From assembly GCA_964462145.1 (NCBI GenBank), contig CAYWYB010000003.1:1-45829 (forward strand): DNA of 45,829 nt, read 5' to 3'. The DNA comes from an uncultured Rhodospirillaceae bacterium (GTDB taxonomy: Bacteria; Pseudomonadota; Alphaproteobacteria; GCA-2731375). The position numbers were made by a program, and so were the translations under genes. Below are positions 1 through 9,991 of the stretch, piece after piece. Under the pieces are notes generated by a model that was given only the letters and a program-made list of their open reading frames with translations, was not told where the DNA came from and searched no databases. How positions within the stretch are numbered: the stretch's first letter is position 1; each line of letters begins with the position of its first letter.

Positions 1-31
1 ATTGTCCCCCCTTTCGGGAATGGAGCGGCCA

Positions 32-1183
32 ATGTCTGAGAAACGCCTCGGCATCATCATGAACGGCGTCACCGGGCGCATGGGCAAGAACCAGCATCTG
101 ATCCGTTCGATCCTGGAAATCATGGAGGCTGGCGGCCTGGAGCTCGCCGACGGTACCCGTGTGATGCCGGATCCGATCCTTGTTGGACGGGATGTAGGCC
201 GGGTCGGCGCCCTGGCGCGGGAGCATGGCTTGAGCCGCTGGACCAACGATCTGGATGCCGCCATCGCCAATCACGAGGATACATTGTTTTTTGATGCCGC
301 CACCACGCAAGCGCGGGCCGGTCTGCTGACCAAGGCCATTGAGGCCGGCAAGGATATCTATTGCGAAAAACCCACCGCCGACAGCCTGGCGGATGCCTAC
401 GGGGTCTATCAAAAGGCCAAGGCCGCCGGCGTCAAACACGGCGTGGTGCAGGACAAATTGTTCCTGCCCGGTATCCGTAAACTGCAATATCTGATCGATG
501 CCGGTTTCTTTGGCCGTATCCTTTCGGTTCGCGGCGAATTCGGCTATTGGGTCTTCGAAGGCGATCTGCAGCCGGCCCAGCGGCCGTCGTGGAACTACCG
601 TAAGGACGAGGGCGGCGGCATCATCCTCGATATGCTGTGCCACTGGCGCTATCTACTGGACAACACCTTTGGCGCCGTGAAGTCCGTCAGCTGCCTGGGT
701 GCGACCCATATTCCCACGCGCTGGGATGAAAACAACGAAGCGTACAAACCTGACACGGACGATGCGGCCTACGCCACCTTCCAGCTGGATGGCGATATCA
801 TCGTGCAGTTCAATTCCTCCTGGGTAACCCGCGTGCGCCGGGATGATCTGTTGACCCTGCATGTGGACGGCACCCATGGTTCCGCCGTGGCCGGCCTGCG
901 CCGCTGCCGCACCCAGGGCCGGGTCAATACGCCCATGCCGGTCTGGAACCCGGATATCCCGCCCGCAATCGATTACAAGGACGGCTGGGAAGAAGTTCCC
1001 GATACAGTGCCCTACGACAACGCATTCAAGGCGGAGTGGGAATTGTTCATCCGCCATCTGAACGGCGAATGCGATTTCAAATGGAATCTGCTGGAAGGCG
1101 CCAAGGGTGTGCAACTGGCCGAGGCGGGCCTGCAAAGCTGGGCCGAGCGGCGCTGGATCGATCTCCCCGATTTGGAGGCCTAA
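32..1183 (+). CDS. Gfo/Idh/MocA family NAD(P)-dependent oxidoreductase
   Basis: N-terminal Rossmann (MNGVTGRMG), YCEKP motif, GGGIILDMLCHW; GGAG upstream of ATG at 32. Confidence 0.9.
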   Translation: MSEKRLGIIMNGVTGRMGKNQHLIRSILEIMEAGGLELADGTRVMPDPILVGRDVGRVGALAREHGLSRWTNDLDAAIANHEDTLFFDAATTQARAGLLTKAIEAGKDIYCEKPTADSLADAYGVYQKAKAAGVKHGVVQDKLFLPGIRKLQYLIDAGFFGRILSVRGEFGYWVFEGDLQPAQRPSWNYRKDEGGGIILDMLCHWRYLLDNTFGAVKSVSCLGATHIPTRWDENNEAYKPDTDDAAYATFQLDGDIIVQFNSSWVTRVRRDDLLTLHVDGTHGSAVAGLRRCRTQGRVNTPMPVWNPDIPPAIDYKDGWEEVPDTVPYDNAFKAEWELFIRHLNGECDFKWNLLEGAKGVQLAEAGLQSWAERRWIDLPDLEA

Positions 1184-1185
1184 CC

Positions 1186-2352
1186 ATGCCAACCCTGAAC
1201 CTGCCTACTGCGGATGGCGGCCTGGCGCCCTTTACCACCTCCGTGCCGAAGGATTTCCCCTCCCGCGCCAACCGGCCCTTTAACCGCATCGCCTATTCCG
1301 CGGCCCACGTGGTGGCCGATCCGCGTTCCGAGGCCGACCCCTGGGTCGATGCGGCGATCGATTGGGACGCCACCATTCAGTATCGCCTGGGCCTGTATGA
1401 TCTGGGCCTGGGCGTGGCCGAGGCCATGGATACAGCGCAGCGGGGCATGGGTCTGGATTGGGCCGCCTCCCGGGAACTGATCCGCCGCAGTCTGCAAGCC
1501 GCCAAGGATATCCCCGGCGCGCGCATAGCCTGCGGCGCCGGCACCGATCATCTGGAACCATCGGCGGATCTGAGCCTGGACGACGTAATCCGCGCTTATG
1601 AGGAGCAGGTTGCGTACGTGGAAGGGCAGGGCGGGCGCATCATCCTGATGGCCAGCCGGGCGCTTGCCGCCTGTGCCAAGTCACCGGATGACTATGCCAA
1701 GGTCTATGACCGTATCCTGAGCCAGGTGCGCGAACCGGCGCTGATCCACTGGCTGGGGGAGATGTTTGACCCGGCCCTGGAAGGCTATTGGGGCCATGGT
1801 GATCACATGGCGGCGATGGATGTCTGCCTGGGTGTGCTGGCAACCAACGCGGCCAAAATCGACGGCATTAAGATCTCGTTGCTGGACAAGGACAAGGAAA
1901 TCATCATGCGCCGGCGCCTGCCCGAGGGGGTACGCATGTACACCGGCGACGACTTCAATTACGCCGAACTGATCGCCGGCGACGAAGTCGGCTATAGCGA
2001 TGCCCTGCTGGGCATTTTCGATGCCATCGCGCCGGCGGCCTCCGCCGCCCTTGATGCCTTCGCTGCCGGAGACGAAGATACATTCCACGATATCCTAGCG
2101 CCCACGGTGCCCCTGTCGCGGCATATCTTCAAGGCGCCAACGCGGTTTTATAAGACCGGCGTGGTCTTCATGGCCTGGCTGAACGGCCACCAGGATCATT
2201 TCGTCATGGTCGGCGGCCAGCAAAGCGCCCGCTCGCTGGCGCATCTGGCCGAACTGTTCCGCCTGGCGGACGCGGCAGGATTATTGCGCGACCCGGACAT
2301 GGCCACGGCCCGCATGCGCACGGCCCTGGCCATGCATGGGGTGGAGGGATAG
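1186..2352 (+). CDS. DUF993 / dihydrodipicolinate synthase-like TIM-barrel protein
   Basis: RIAYSAAHVVADP, AEAMDTAQRGMG, HWLGEMFDP, GIKISLLD, YTGDDFNY motifs; GGAGG RBS, ATG 2 nt after the upstream stop. Confidence 0.85.
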   Translation: MPTLNLPTADGGLAPFTTSVPKDFPSRANRPFNRIAYSAAHVVADPRSEADPWVDAAIDWDATIQYRLGLYDLGLGVAEAMDTAQRGMGLDWAASRELIRRSLQAAKDIPGARIACGAGTDHLEPSADLSLDDVIRAYEEQVAYVEGQGGRIILMASRALAACAKSPDDYAKVYDRILSQVREPALIHWLGEMFDPALEGYWGHGDHMAAMDVCLGVLATNAAKIDGIKISLLDKDKEIIMRRRLPEGVRMYTGDDFNYAELIAGDEVGYSDALLGIFDAIAPAASAALDAFAAGDEDTFHDILAPTVPLSRHIFKAPTRFYKTGVVFMAWLNGHQDHFVMVGGQQSARSLAHLAELFRLADAAGLLRDPDMATARMRTALAMHGVEG

Positions 2353-2366
2353 AGGTAGGCGTTGAA

Positions 2367-3392
2367 ATGGTCTCACCACTCCGCAACATTCTGCAAATTG
2401 GCTTCGGCAATTTTGGCCCGACCCATCTGGCCGCATGGCGCGCCTTGGGGCTGGCGGATGGCCTGCATGTGGTCGATCCAGGCGAGGCGGCGAGGCAACG
2501 TTGCCGTGATCTGGGCCTGCCCGGCGACAGGGTTGGCGAGCGGGTGGATGAATTTCTGGAGCGGGCGGATTTGGTCGTCGTGCTGGCGCCGACCGACCGG
2601 CATTTCGAGGTTTGCGAGCCGCTTTTGAAGGCGCGCAAGCATCTGTTCATTGAAAAACCCATGACCGCGACCCTGGCCGAGGCGGAGGGCCTGGCCGATC
2701 TATGCGGCGATCAGGTGGTCCAGGTTGGTTTCTATTTCCGCGCTCATCCATTGGCCCAGCGTGCGAAGCGGGAGGTGGATACTGGCGCCTTGGGCGATTT
2801 GCGCTATGTCGCGGCCAGATTTCATGGCTTTAAGCGGGCCCGTGGTGACAGCGGCGTGGTCGGCAATGACGCGGTGCATTTCATCGATCAGGCGAACTGG
2901 ATGATGGGGGTCTTGCCGGTGGCGGTCGACGCCGTGACCCGCGACCATTTCGGCCGGGGCTATGATGACCTGGCCCTGATCCGCCTGTTCTATCCCTCGG
3001 GCGCCATTGCCAATATCGAGGTCGGTTGCATTCAGCCGGGACGCTGGAACGACAATATCGTGCCCGGTTCCACCCAGACCAAGGAATTTGTCGTCGCGGG
3101 CAGCGAAGGTGCTGCGGAGATTGACTATCAGACCTCGGAATTGCGCCTGCACCGGGTCCGCCACGAACTGATCGACGGGCTGTGGCGGCCCAACAATCGC
3201 GGCGTGGAGCTGCCCCATAGCGCGATCGTGGAGCCGCACGAGGTCGTGGCGGAGGAATTCGCCGCTTTCCTGGATGCGGTGGACGGCAAGGCGCCGGTTT
3301 TGGCGGGGGTTGAGGAATGCGGCGTCGGCATGGCCAGGGTCATGGATGCCATTCACCGTTCCGCCGAACAGGAATGTAGAATAACGCTTTGA
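2367..3392 (+). CDS. Gfo/Idh/MocA family oxidoreductase (second)
   Basis: IGFGNFG Rossmann, LFIEKPM, DAVHFID. Confidence 0.85.
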   Translation: MVSPLRNILQIGFGNFGPTHLAAWRALGLADGLHVVDPGEAARQRCRDLGLPGDRVGERVDEFLERADLVVVLAPTDRHFEVCEPLLKARKHLFIEKPMTATLAEAEGLADLCGDQVVQVGFYFRAHPLAQRAKREVDTGALGDLRYVAARFHGFKRARGDSGVVGNDAVHFIDQANWMMGVLPVAVDAVTRDHFGRGYDDLALIRLFYPSGAIANIEVGCIQPGRWNDNIVPGSTQTKEFVVAGSEGAAEIDYQTSELRLHRVRHELIDGLWRPNNRGVELPHSAIVEPHEVVAEEFAAFLDAVDGKAPVLAGVEECGVGMARVMDAIHRSAEQECRITL

Positions 3393-3461
3393 GATTTGGC
3401 CGCTGTCGTCCGATCGCTGGCGATGTACAATGCGGACGGTTTTTCCATGAGGAGGCTTTGC

Positions 3462-4841
3462 GTGTCTGATCCCATCAAACTTTCGGTCCTGGAAGTGCAA
3501 TTGTTCGAACGGGACGTGACCTTGCGCATGCCCTTCCGCTTTGGCGTCACCACCTTGCGGGAAAGCCCGCAGGTATTTGCCCGGGTGCGCATTCAACTGG
3601 CCGATGGCCGGGAGGGCTGGGGCCTGTCGGCGGAAATGCTGGCGCCGAAATGGTTCGACAAAAATCTGGAACTCAGCAACGAAGACAATTTCGATCAGCT
3701 GCGCCATGCCCTGAATACTGCTTCAACGCTGTACCGCGCCGCTTCCGCATCGACGGCCTTCGATCTGTTTCGTAGCAATTACGATGAACAGATCCGCATC
3801 TGCGGCGAGCGTGGCGATGGCTCGTTGGTGGCCTGCTATGGCCCGGCGGTATTGGACCGGGCCATCCTGGATGCGCTTTGTCGGCTGCACGAGGTCTCGT
3901 TCTATCAGGCGGTCCAGGGCAACCTGCCGGGGATCGAGAGCGATGAATTCGAGATAGAGCCATTTCTGGCCGGCCTGAAGCCTGCTGGCCATATCCATGC
4001 CCGGCATACGGTGGGCATGGTCGATCCGATCCGCGAAAACCCGGAACCCGTGGGCGATGGTTTGCCCGAAACTCTGGTCGATGTCATCGCCACCTATGGC
4101 CACCGCTATTTCAAAATCAAGGTCTGCGGCGATCTGGACGAGGATGTGAACCGTCTGCGCGACATCGCCGCCGTGCTGGATGAGAGCCCGGATGACTACA
4201 TCATCTCACTGGATGGCAACGAGCAATACAACGACGTCGCCGGCGTCACCGCCCTGATGGATGCCATCGAGGGCGATCCTGGGTTGGCGCGCTTCAGTGA
4301 ATCCATCCTGTTCGTGGAGCAGCCGATTTCCCGTGCCGTGGCCCTGGACGTTGATGTCTCTGCCCTGTCCGCCCGCAAGCCGGTTATTCTCGATGAATCG
4401 GATGCCTTTCTGGAGGCCTTTCCCAGGGGCCGGGCGTTGGGCTATCGCGGCGTGTCGTCCAAGACCTGCAAGGGGCTATATAAATCGATTTTGAATGCCG
4501 CCCGCTGTGCCAATTGGGGCGAGGGCTATTTCATGTCGGCGGAGGATCTGACGACCCAGGCCGGCCTGTCCGTGCAACAGGACCTCGCCCTGGTCAATCT
4601 GCTGGGCGTCACTCATGTGGAACGCAATGGACACCACTATGTCAACGGCATGGCTGGTGTGCCCGAGGCCGAACAGGCAGCGTTCCTGGCGGCGCACCCG
4701 GATATTTATCACCGGGGCGATGGCGTGACGCGGCTTGATATCAAGGATGGCCGGATCTCCATAGGCTCTCTGGACCGTATCGGTTTTGCCTATGGCGCGG
4801 AACCTGATTTTTCCGTTATGCGCGAGTTGCGCCATGGCTGA
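3462..4841 (+). CDS. enolase superfamily (mandelate racemase/muconate lactonizing-like) protein
   Basis: KxK (FKIKV), metal ligands in LDGNE, VEQP, LDES; GAGGAGG RBS before GTG at 3462. Confidence 0.75.
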   Translation: MSDPIKLSVLEVQLFERDVTLRMPFRFGVTTLRESPQVFARVRIQLADGREGWGLSAEMLAPKWFDKNLELSNEDNFDQLRHALNTASTLYRAASASTAFDLFRSNYDEQIRICGERGDGSLVACYGPAVLDRAILDALCRLHEVSFYQAVQGNLPGIESDEFEIEPFLAGLKPAGHIHARHTVGMVDPIRENPEPVGDGLPETLVDVIATYGHRYFKIKVCGDLDEDVNRLRDIAAVLDESPDDYIISLDGNEQYNDVAGVTALMDAIEGDPGLARFSESILFVEQPISRAVALDVDVSALSARKPVILDESDAFLEAFPRGRALGYRGVSSKTCKGLYKSILNAARCANWGEGYFMSAEDLTTQAGLSVQQDLALVNLLGVTHVERNGHHYVNGMAGVPEAEQAAFLAAHPDIYHRGDGVTRLDIKDGRISIGSLDRIGFAYGAEPDFSVMRELRHG

Positions 4842-5655
4842 CCTGGCGCGCCTGTCCATCAATCAGGCCACTACACAAGCGCAGTACAGTCTGGCGGAGG
4901 CGATCGCGGCCTATTCTGCCGCCGACGTGGCGGGGATCTCCATCTGGCGCGACAAGCTGGCCGAATGCGGCTTGGACGAGGCGATCCGCATGCTTGCCGA
5001 CAGCGGCCTGCAGGTATCGGGCCTGTGCCGGGGCGGCATGTTTCCCGGCTCCGACGCGGCCGCCCGGCAGGCCAATATCGACGACAATCTGGTGGCGATC
5101 GACGAAGCGGCCGCCTTGGCCGCCGATTGTCTGGTGCTGGTCTGCGGCGGCATGCCGGAGGGGTCGAAGGATCTGGCGGGTACGCGGGAGATGATCCGCG
5201 ATGGCCTGGACGCCATTCTGCCCCATGCCCGCGCCGCCGGCGTGCCCCTGGCGATCGAACCGTTGCATCCCATGTACGCGGCTGATCGTTGCGCCATAAA
5301 CACCTTAGGGCAGGCCCTGGATTTGTGTGACGAGCTGGATGACGGTGTCGGTGTAGCAGTCGATGTCTATCATCTGTGGTGGGATCCGGATTTACAGGCG
5401 CAGATCGAACGGGCCGCGGATCGAACTCTGGCCTTTCATGTCTGTGATTGGCTGGTGCCGACCACGGATCTGCTGCTGGATCGGGGCATGATGGGCGACG
5501 GGGTTATCGATATTCGACAAATCCGCGACTGGGTCGATGGGACAGGCTATGATGGCCTGATTGAAGTCGAAATTTTTTCCGCCCTGAATTGGTGGAAGCG
5601 TCCGGGCGAGGAGGTCATCAGCACCTGCCGGGAACGATTTGTAGCAACGGTTTAA
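4834..5655 (+). CDS. sugar phosphate isomerase/epimerase (xylose isomerase-like TIM barrel)
   Basis: AIEPLHP, VDVYH, FHVCDW, VEIFS metal-binding motifs; overlaps upstream gene by 8 nt. Confidence 0.85.
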   Translation: MADLARLSINQATTQAQYSLAEAIAAYSAADVAGISIWRDKLAECGLDEAIRMLADSGLQVSGLCRGGMFPGSDAAARQANIDDNLVAIDEAAALAADCLVLVCGGMPEGSKDLAGTREMIRDGLDAILPHARAAGVPLAIEPLHPMYAADRCAINTLGQALDLCDELDDGVGVAVDVYHLWWDPDLQAQIERAADRTLAFHVCDWLVPTTDLLLDRGMMGDGVIDIRQIRDWVDGTGYDGLIEVEIFSALNWWKRPGEEVISTCRERFVATV

Positions 5656-5672
5656 CAGGGAAGAACTGCGTC

Positions 5673-6455
5673 ATGGCCATCATTAGGAATATTGCCAAGG
5701 AAAAGCTGGCGGCGGGCGAAATCGCCATGGGTTTGGGCGTGCGCCTGGCGCGCGGTGTGGAGATCGCCAAGGTGGCCAAGGTCTGCGGTTTCGATTGGCT
5801 GTTCATCGATATGGAACACAGCCCCCTGTCACTGGAGACCGTGGCGGATATCACCGTGGCCGGCCTGGATGCCGGTTGCACGCCGATTGTCCGGGCATCG
5901 TCCCATCTGCACCATCATGCCAGCCGGCCCCTGGATGCCGGCGCCCAAGGTATCGTGGTGCCCCATATCGAAGACGCGGACGAAGCCCGCCAGGTCGTCA
6001 ACCAATGCCTCTACCCGCCGATCGGTCATCGTTCGCTGGCGGGCGGCGCGGCGATCCTGGAATATGAAGCCCTGCCCATGGCGGAAGCGGCCAAGGTGAT
6101 CAACGAGAATTTGCTGGTCACCGTGATGCTGGAAAGCCCCAAGGCCATTGCCAACGCGGACGAGATCGCCGCCGTCGAAGGCGTCGATGTCTTGTTGATC
6201 GGCACCAATGATCTCTGCGCCGAAATGGGTATTCCCGGCCAGTATGATCACGACGATGTGGTCGCCGCCTATGACACCATGATTTCGGCCTGCCGCAACA
6301 ATGGCAAACATCCCGGCATGGGCGGCATCTATAGCGGTCTGATGGAAAGATATATCAAGATGGGTGCCCGCTTCGTGTTGGGCGGCAGTGATCTGTCGTT
6401 CCTGATGGCGGCGGCCAAACAGCGTTCGGAGTTTCTCAACGGCATCGATTTATAG
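5673..6455 (+). CDS. HpcH/HpaI class II pyruvate aldolase family protein
   Basis: FIDMEHS, LDAGAQGIVVP, MLES..A..N..EIAAVEGVD...IGTNDL. Confidence 0.88.
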   Translation: MAIIRNIAKEKLAAGEIAMGLGVRLARGVEIAKVAKVCGFDWLFIDMEHSPLSLETVADITVAGLDAGCTPIVRASSHLHHHASRPLDAGAQGIVVPHIEDADEARQVVNQCLYPPIGHRSLAGGAAILEYEALPMAEAAKVINENLLVTVMLESPKAIANADEIAAVEGVDVLLIGTNDLCAEMGIPGQYDHDDVVAAYDTMISACRNNGKHPGMGGIYSGLMERYIKMGARFVLGGSDLSFLMAAAKQRSEFLNGIDL

Positions 6456-6480
6456 GCCGCTATCTGCTAGCGTTCCGGCC

Positions 6481-6729
6481 ATGATTACGTTCCTGGTGGT
6501 GTGGCTATTGGCGGCCCTGGCGGTCGTGGTGGCGGTATATCTGGCAAATTGCCTGCGTCGGCGCAGGCTTTGCGGCATGGGCGAGTTTCATTGGCCGGGC
6601 CTGATCGTCATTGCCCTGATCATTGGCGCCGTACCGGCGTTTATTTACGACAATCAATCATCCCGCTCAGTCCAGGTGCCGGACGGGGTCGCCGAGCGGC
6701 CAAAGATCGCCGATCCGGAAAAAAATTAG
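6481..6729 (+). CDS. small hypothetical membrane protein (2 TM)
   Basis: two hydrophobic segments separated by an Arg-rich loop; fills the gap on the coding strand. Confidence 0.6.
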   Translation: MITFLVVWLLAALAVVVAVYLANCLRRRRLCGMGEFHWPGLIVIALIIGAVPAFIYDNQSSRSVQVPDGVAERPKIADPEKN

Positions 6730-6787
6730 GTTAAACGCAAAAGTAACATTACACTCAAGATCGTACGCGTTTGTATTGGTGAATGTG

Positions 6788-9700
6788 ATGGATGATTCAT
6801 CGTTAACGCGGGACGGGGGATCCGAGGCGTCAGTAGAGCTTACCGGCCAACGCCGGCAGGTCACGGTTTTGTTCGCAGATATGGCGGACTATATGCCCCT
6901 GGCGGAGAAACTTGGCGAAGAAAACACCTATCTCTTTATGCAGCGTGTCCACCGCGAGCTGAGCGAAGCCATTCATGGCGAAGAGGGCACGGTTCAGGAC
7001 ATGACGGGCGATGGCGTCATGGCGCTGTTTGGTGCGCCTGTGGCGTTGGAGGATGCACCGCTTCGCGCCTGCCGCGCGGCGCTCGATATTCAGGCGCGCA
7101 TGGCCCGGCTGGGTGGCGAAATCGAGGCGGAATATGGCGCCAGGCCGGCTTTTCGCGTCGGCCTGCACAGCGGGCCATTGATTTTTGGTGCCGTCGGCGA
7201 CGACCAGCAGATGGAACTGACCGCAATGGGCGATACGGTGAACCTGGCCTCGCGCCTGGAGAGCAGCGCCGAAAGCGGCACGGTGTTGATGAGCGAGGCC
7301 GCCCATGCCCTGGTCGCCGGCTATGTGGATTGCCAGTTCGAGGGCGAGCGGGAGATCAAGGGGCGGCGCGAACCAGAGAAGGTCTGGCGGCTTGTCGCGG
7401 TCAAGCAGGGGATCAGACGCTTTGACATTGCCCGCGCCCGTGGCCTGACGCCGCTGGTCGGCCGGCAACAGGAACTGGATACACTGGAACGGCTGTGGCG
7501 GGAAGCCGAGCGGGGCCAAATTCGATTGGTCAACATCAGCGGCGAGGCCGGCATCGGCAAATCACGCCTGGTACATGAATTTCGCGCCCGCCTTGACAAG
7601 GACGCCTTCGTCCTTGAGGGCTATTGTGCCGCCGAGGGGCAGGCCGTTCCCTTGCTGCCCTTCGCTGATATTGTCCGCCGCTCCTTTGGGCTCACCCCAC
7701 AATCGGGACGGGACGAAGCCGAAGGGAGGCTGCGCAGGGGCCTGATTCTGCTTGGCCTTGATGCCGAAGAACATCTGCCATACCTGCTGATCCTGCTTGG
7801 CTATGACGATGGCGCGCGCGCCAATGTGGCGGACGAGGCCCGGGGCATCCGCACCCGCGATGCCGTGGTCTCCATGCTGTATGAACGCTGCAAACTAAAC
7901 CCGACAGTGATGATTTTTGAAGATCTGCATTGGATGGATAATGGGTCCGAGGCTTTGCTGATCCGGGCCCTGAAATCCGACGAGGCCTTGCCGGTGCTGA
8001 TCATAACAACTCATCGTCCGGAATATACGCCGCCGTGGTCAGGCCGTTCTGGCAGCACGGATATGGTGCTTGAACCTTTGTCCCGCTCCGGCACGGTGGA
8101 TCTGTTGAAGGCGCGTTTCGATGTCGCGGAGCTGCCCGAAAATTTCACCCGCCTGGTAGATGAGAAGGCGGAGGGCAACCCTTTGTTCGCCGAGGAGGTC
8201 AGCAACTATCTGCTTGAGGCGGGCACCTTGCAGAGCGATGGTGGCAGCTTGAGATTTGCCTCGGCGGGGCAGGCAATGGCGCTCCCCGCCGGTCTTGAAA
8301 ATATGCTGATGGACCGCTTCGACCGGCTTGCGACGGAGCCGCGCAACGTGCTCGAAGCGGCGGCGGTCCTGGGTCAGCGCTTCGAGGTGAAAACGCTGGC
8401 CGCAATGACGGGATCGGAGGCCGAGCTGACCGGCCATCTGGCGGTGCTCGAGGACCAGGAACTGATTTTGCGCGAACCTGGCCACGATGCCTATCGCTTC
8501 AAACATGCGCTGGTTCATGACGCGGTTTATGACAGCATGCTCAAAAGCCGGCGCCGTGTCTTGCATGAAAAGGCAGGCGCCGCCATCGAAGCCGCCAAGG
8601 GGCCGGAAGCCGCCGATGCCCTGGCCCATCATTGGAGCCACACTGAACGGCCCGACAAGGCCATTCGCTATCTCGCCCTGGCTGGCGAAAACAGTTTACG
8701 TGTTTACGCCCTGGAAGAGGGCGATCAGCGCCTGCAGGCAGCCCTTACCATGGCGGAAGCCCATCCGGACGCACTTGATGACAATTTGCTGACGGATATT
8801 CTGCTGCACATAGCGCGCAGCAACTATTTCCAGTTTAAGTTCGATGCCATCATCGGCCTTGTGCAAACTTATCTGCATCGGGTCGAGGCGCTGGGCGACA
8901 AGACGCGCCTGTCCCGGTTCTTGTTCGAGGGTGGCTACGCCATGGTTTTCGCCTGCCGAGTGAAGGAAGGCAGAGCGCTACTGGACCGGGCACGCGCGAT
9001 CGGGGAAGACATTGGTGACGAGCTTGCCGTTGCCTACGCCGATATGGGAGCCATGTGGGATCGGATGTTCTGGGGCGCACCGGGTCCCGAGCGCCGGCGG
9101 GCCCAGAGTTCCGCGGGCAAGCGGATTATGGCCATTGGTCAGAAGCATGGGGATATCTGGCTGGCCTCGAAAGCCGGGCTCGCTCTCGCCCTGGATCACG
9201 CCGGGTATGGACGGCCGGGTGAATGCCGGGAAGTTCTGTCCGAGCTCATGGCGATGAGCCGGCGAAGCAATGATCCGCGACCGCGAACCATGGCTTTATA
9301 TACGTATGGCGTAATCGATGTGTATTCCGGAAACTATGAGGAAGCGATCGAATATGCCGACGAGGCTTTGCGGGTCTGCCTCAGTCCGATCGATATTGCC
9401 GCCGCTGAACTCTATAGGGCGATCGCGGCGGTTATGGCCGGGCGGGCTGCGGATAATTTGCCGACGGTGTATGAGTATCTGTCTAGATTTGAAGACAGGG
9501 GGTTTCGGATATTTCATCCGCTGCCACGAATGGTCGGGGGGGTCGGCTCGGTCTTGTTGGGTAAAATGGCATGGGGGATGAAGGAAATAGGGGCCGCCAC
9601 GGCTCAATCGGAAGCTTGGGACATGAAAGTATATGGTGCATTCGGCGACCTTTATGCCGGCGAGACCTATCTGCAAATGATGCTCGGCGGGGAGAAACCG

Positions 9701-9991
9701 TCACTTTCCGTTATGCTGCGAAACCTGCCCTTTCTGCTTAGTACGCTTCCTGCAATTAAGCGAAAAACTCGCCGTCGATTGCAGTCGGCACTAGAACAGT
9801 TTCGCTATTTGGATTGCCCGTCCTTGATTGCGCAGTGTCTTTATGCTCTTGGGCGCCTCGATATGGCCGAAAAACGGCCGGATGATGCCAGGGGAAAATT
9901 TCAGGAGGCGCGTGAACTGGCTGCTTCGGTTGACGCTTTTAACATCGTCACCGATGCCGATACGGCGATGGCCGGCCTGCGGCCTAATTGA
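6788..9991 (+). CDS. class III adenylate/guanylate cyclase - AAA (STAND) ATPase - TPR-like protein
   Basis: VTVLFAD, GDGVMALFGAP, GDTVNLASRL; Walker A GEAGIGKS, Walker B IFEDLHW, GNPLF, YRFKHAL; helical C-terminus. Confidence 0.9.
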   Translation: MDDSSLTRDGGSEASVELTGQRRQVTVLFADMADYMPLAEKLGEENTYLFMQRVHRELSEAIHGEEGTVQDMTGDGVMALFGAPVALEDAPLRACRAALDIQARMARLGGEIEAEYGARPAFRVGLHSGPLIFGAVGDDQQMELTAMGDTVNLASRLESSAESGTVLMSEAAHALVAGYVDCQFEGEREIKGRREPEKVWRLVAVKQGIRRFDIARARGLTPLVGRQQELDTLERLWREAERGQIRLVNISGEAGIGKSRLVHEFRARLDKDAFVLEGYCAAEGQAVPLLPFADIVRRSFGLTPQSGRDEAEGRLRRGLILLGLDAEEHLPYLLILLGYDDGARANVADEARGIRTRDAVVSMLYERCKLNPTVMIFEDLHWMDNGSEALLIRALKSDEALPVLIITTHRPEYTPPWSGRSGSTDMVLEPLSRSGTVDLLKARFDVAELPENFTRLVDEKAEGNPLFAEEVSNYLLEAGTLQSDGGSLRFASAGQAMALPAGLENMLMDRFDRLATEPRNVLEAAAVLGQRFEVKTLAAMTGSEAELTGHLAVLEDQELILREPGHDAYRFKHALVHDAVYDSMLKSRRRVLHEKAGAAIEAAKGPEAADALAHHWSHTERPDKAIRYLALAGENSLRVYALEEGDQRLQAALTMAEAHPDALDDNLLTDILLHIARSNYFQFKFDAIIGLVQTYLHRVEALGDKTRLSRFLFEGGYAMVFACRVKEGRALLDRARAIGEDIGDELAVAYADMGAMWDRMFWGAPGPERRRAQSSAGKRIMAIGQKHGDIWLASKAGLALALDHAGYGRPGECREVLSELMAMSRRSNDPRPRTMALYTYGVIDVYSGNYEEAIEYADEALRVCLSPIDIAAAELYRAIAAVMAGRAADNLPTVYEYLSRFEDRGFRIFHPLPRMVGGVGSVLLGKMAWGMKEIGAATAQSEAWDMKVYGAFGDLYAGETYLQMMLGGEKPSLSVMLRNLPFLLSTLPAIKRKTRRRLQSALEQFRYLDCPSLIAQCLYALGRLDMAEKRPDDARGKFQEARELAASVDAFNIVTDADTAMAGLRPN

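Noticed and set aside
6788-9991. Pycsar/CBASS-type defence system
   Set aside because: No adjacent cyclic-nucleotide-binding effector or defence island; this architecture is a common signalling type
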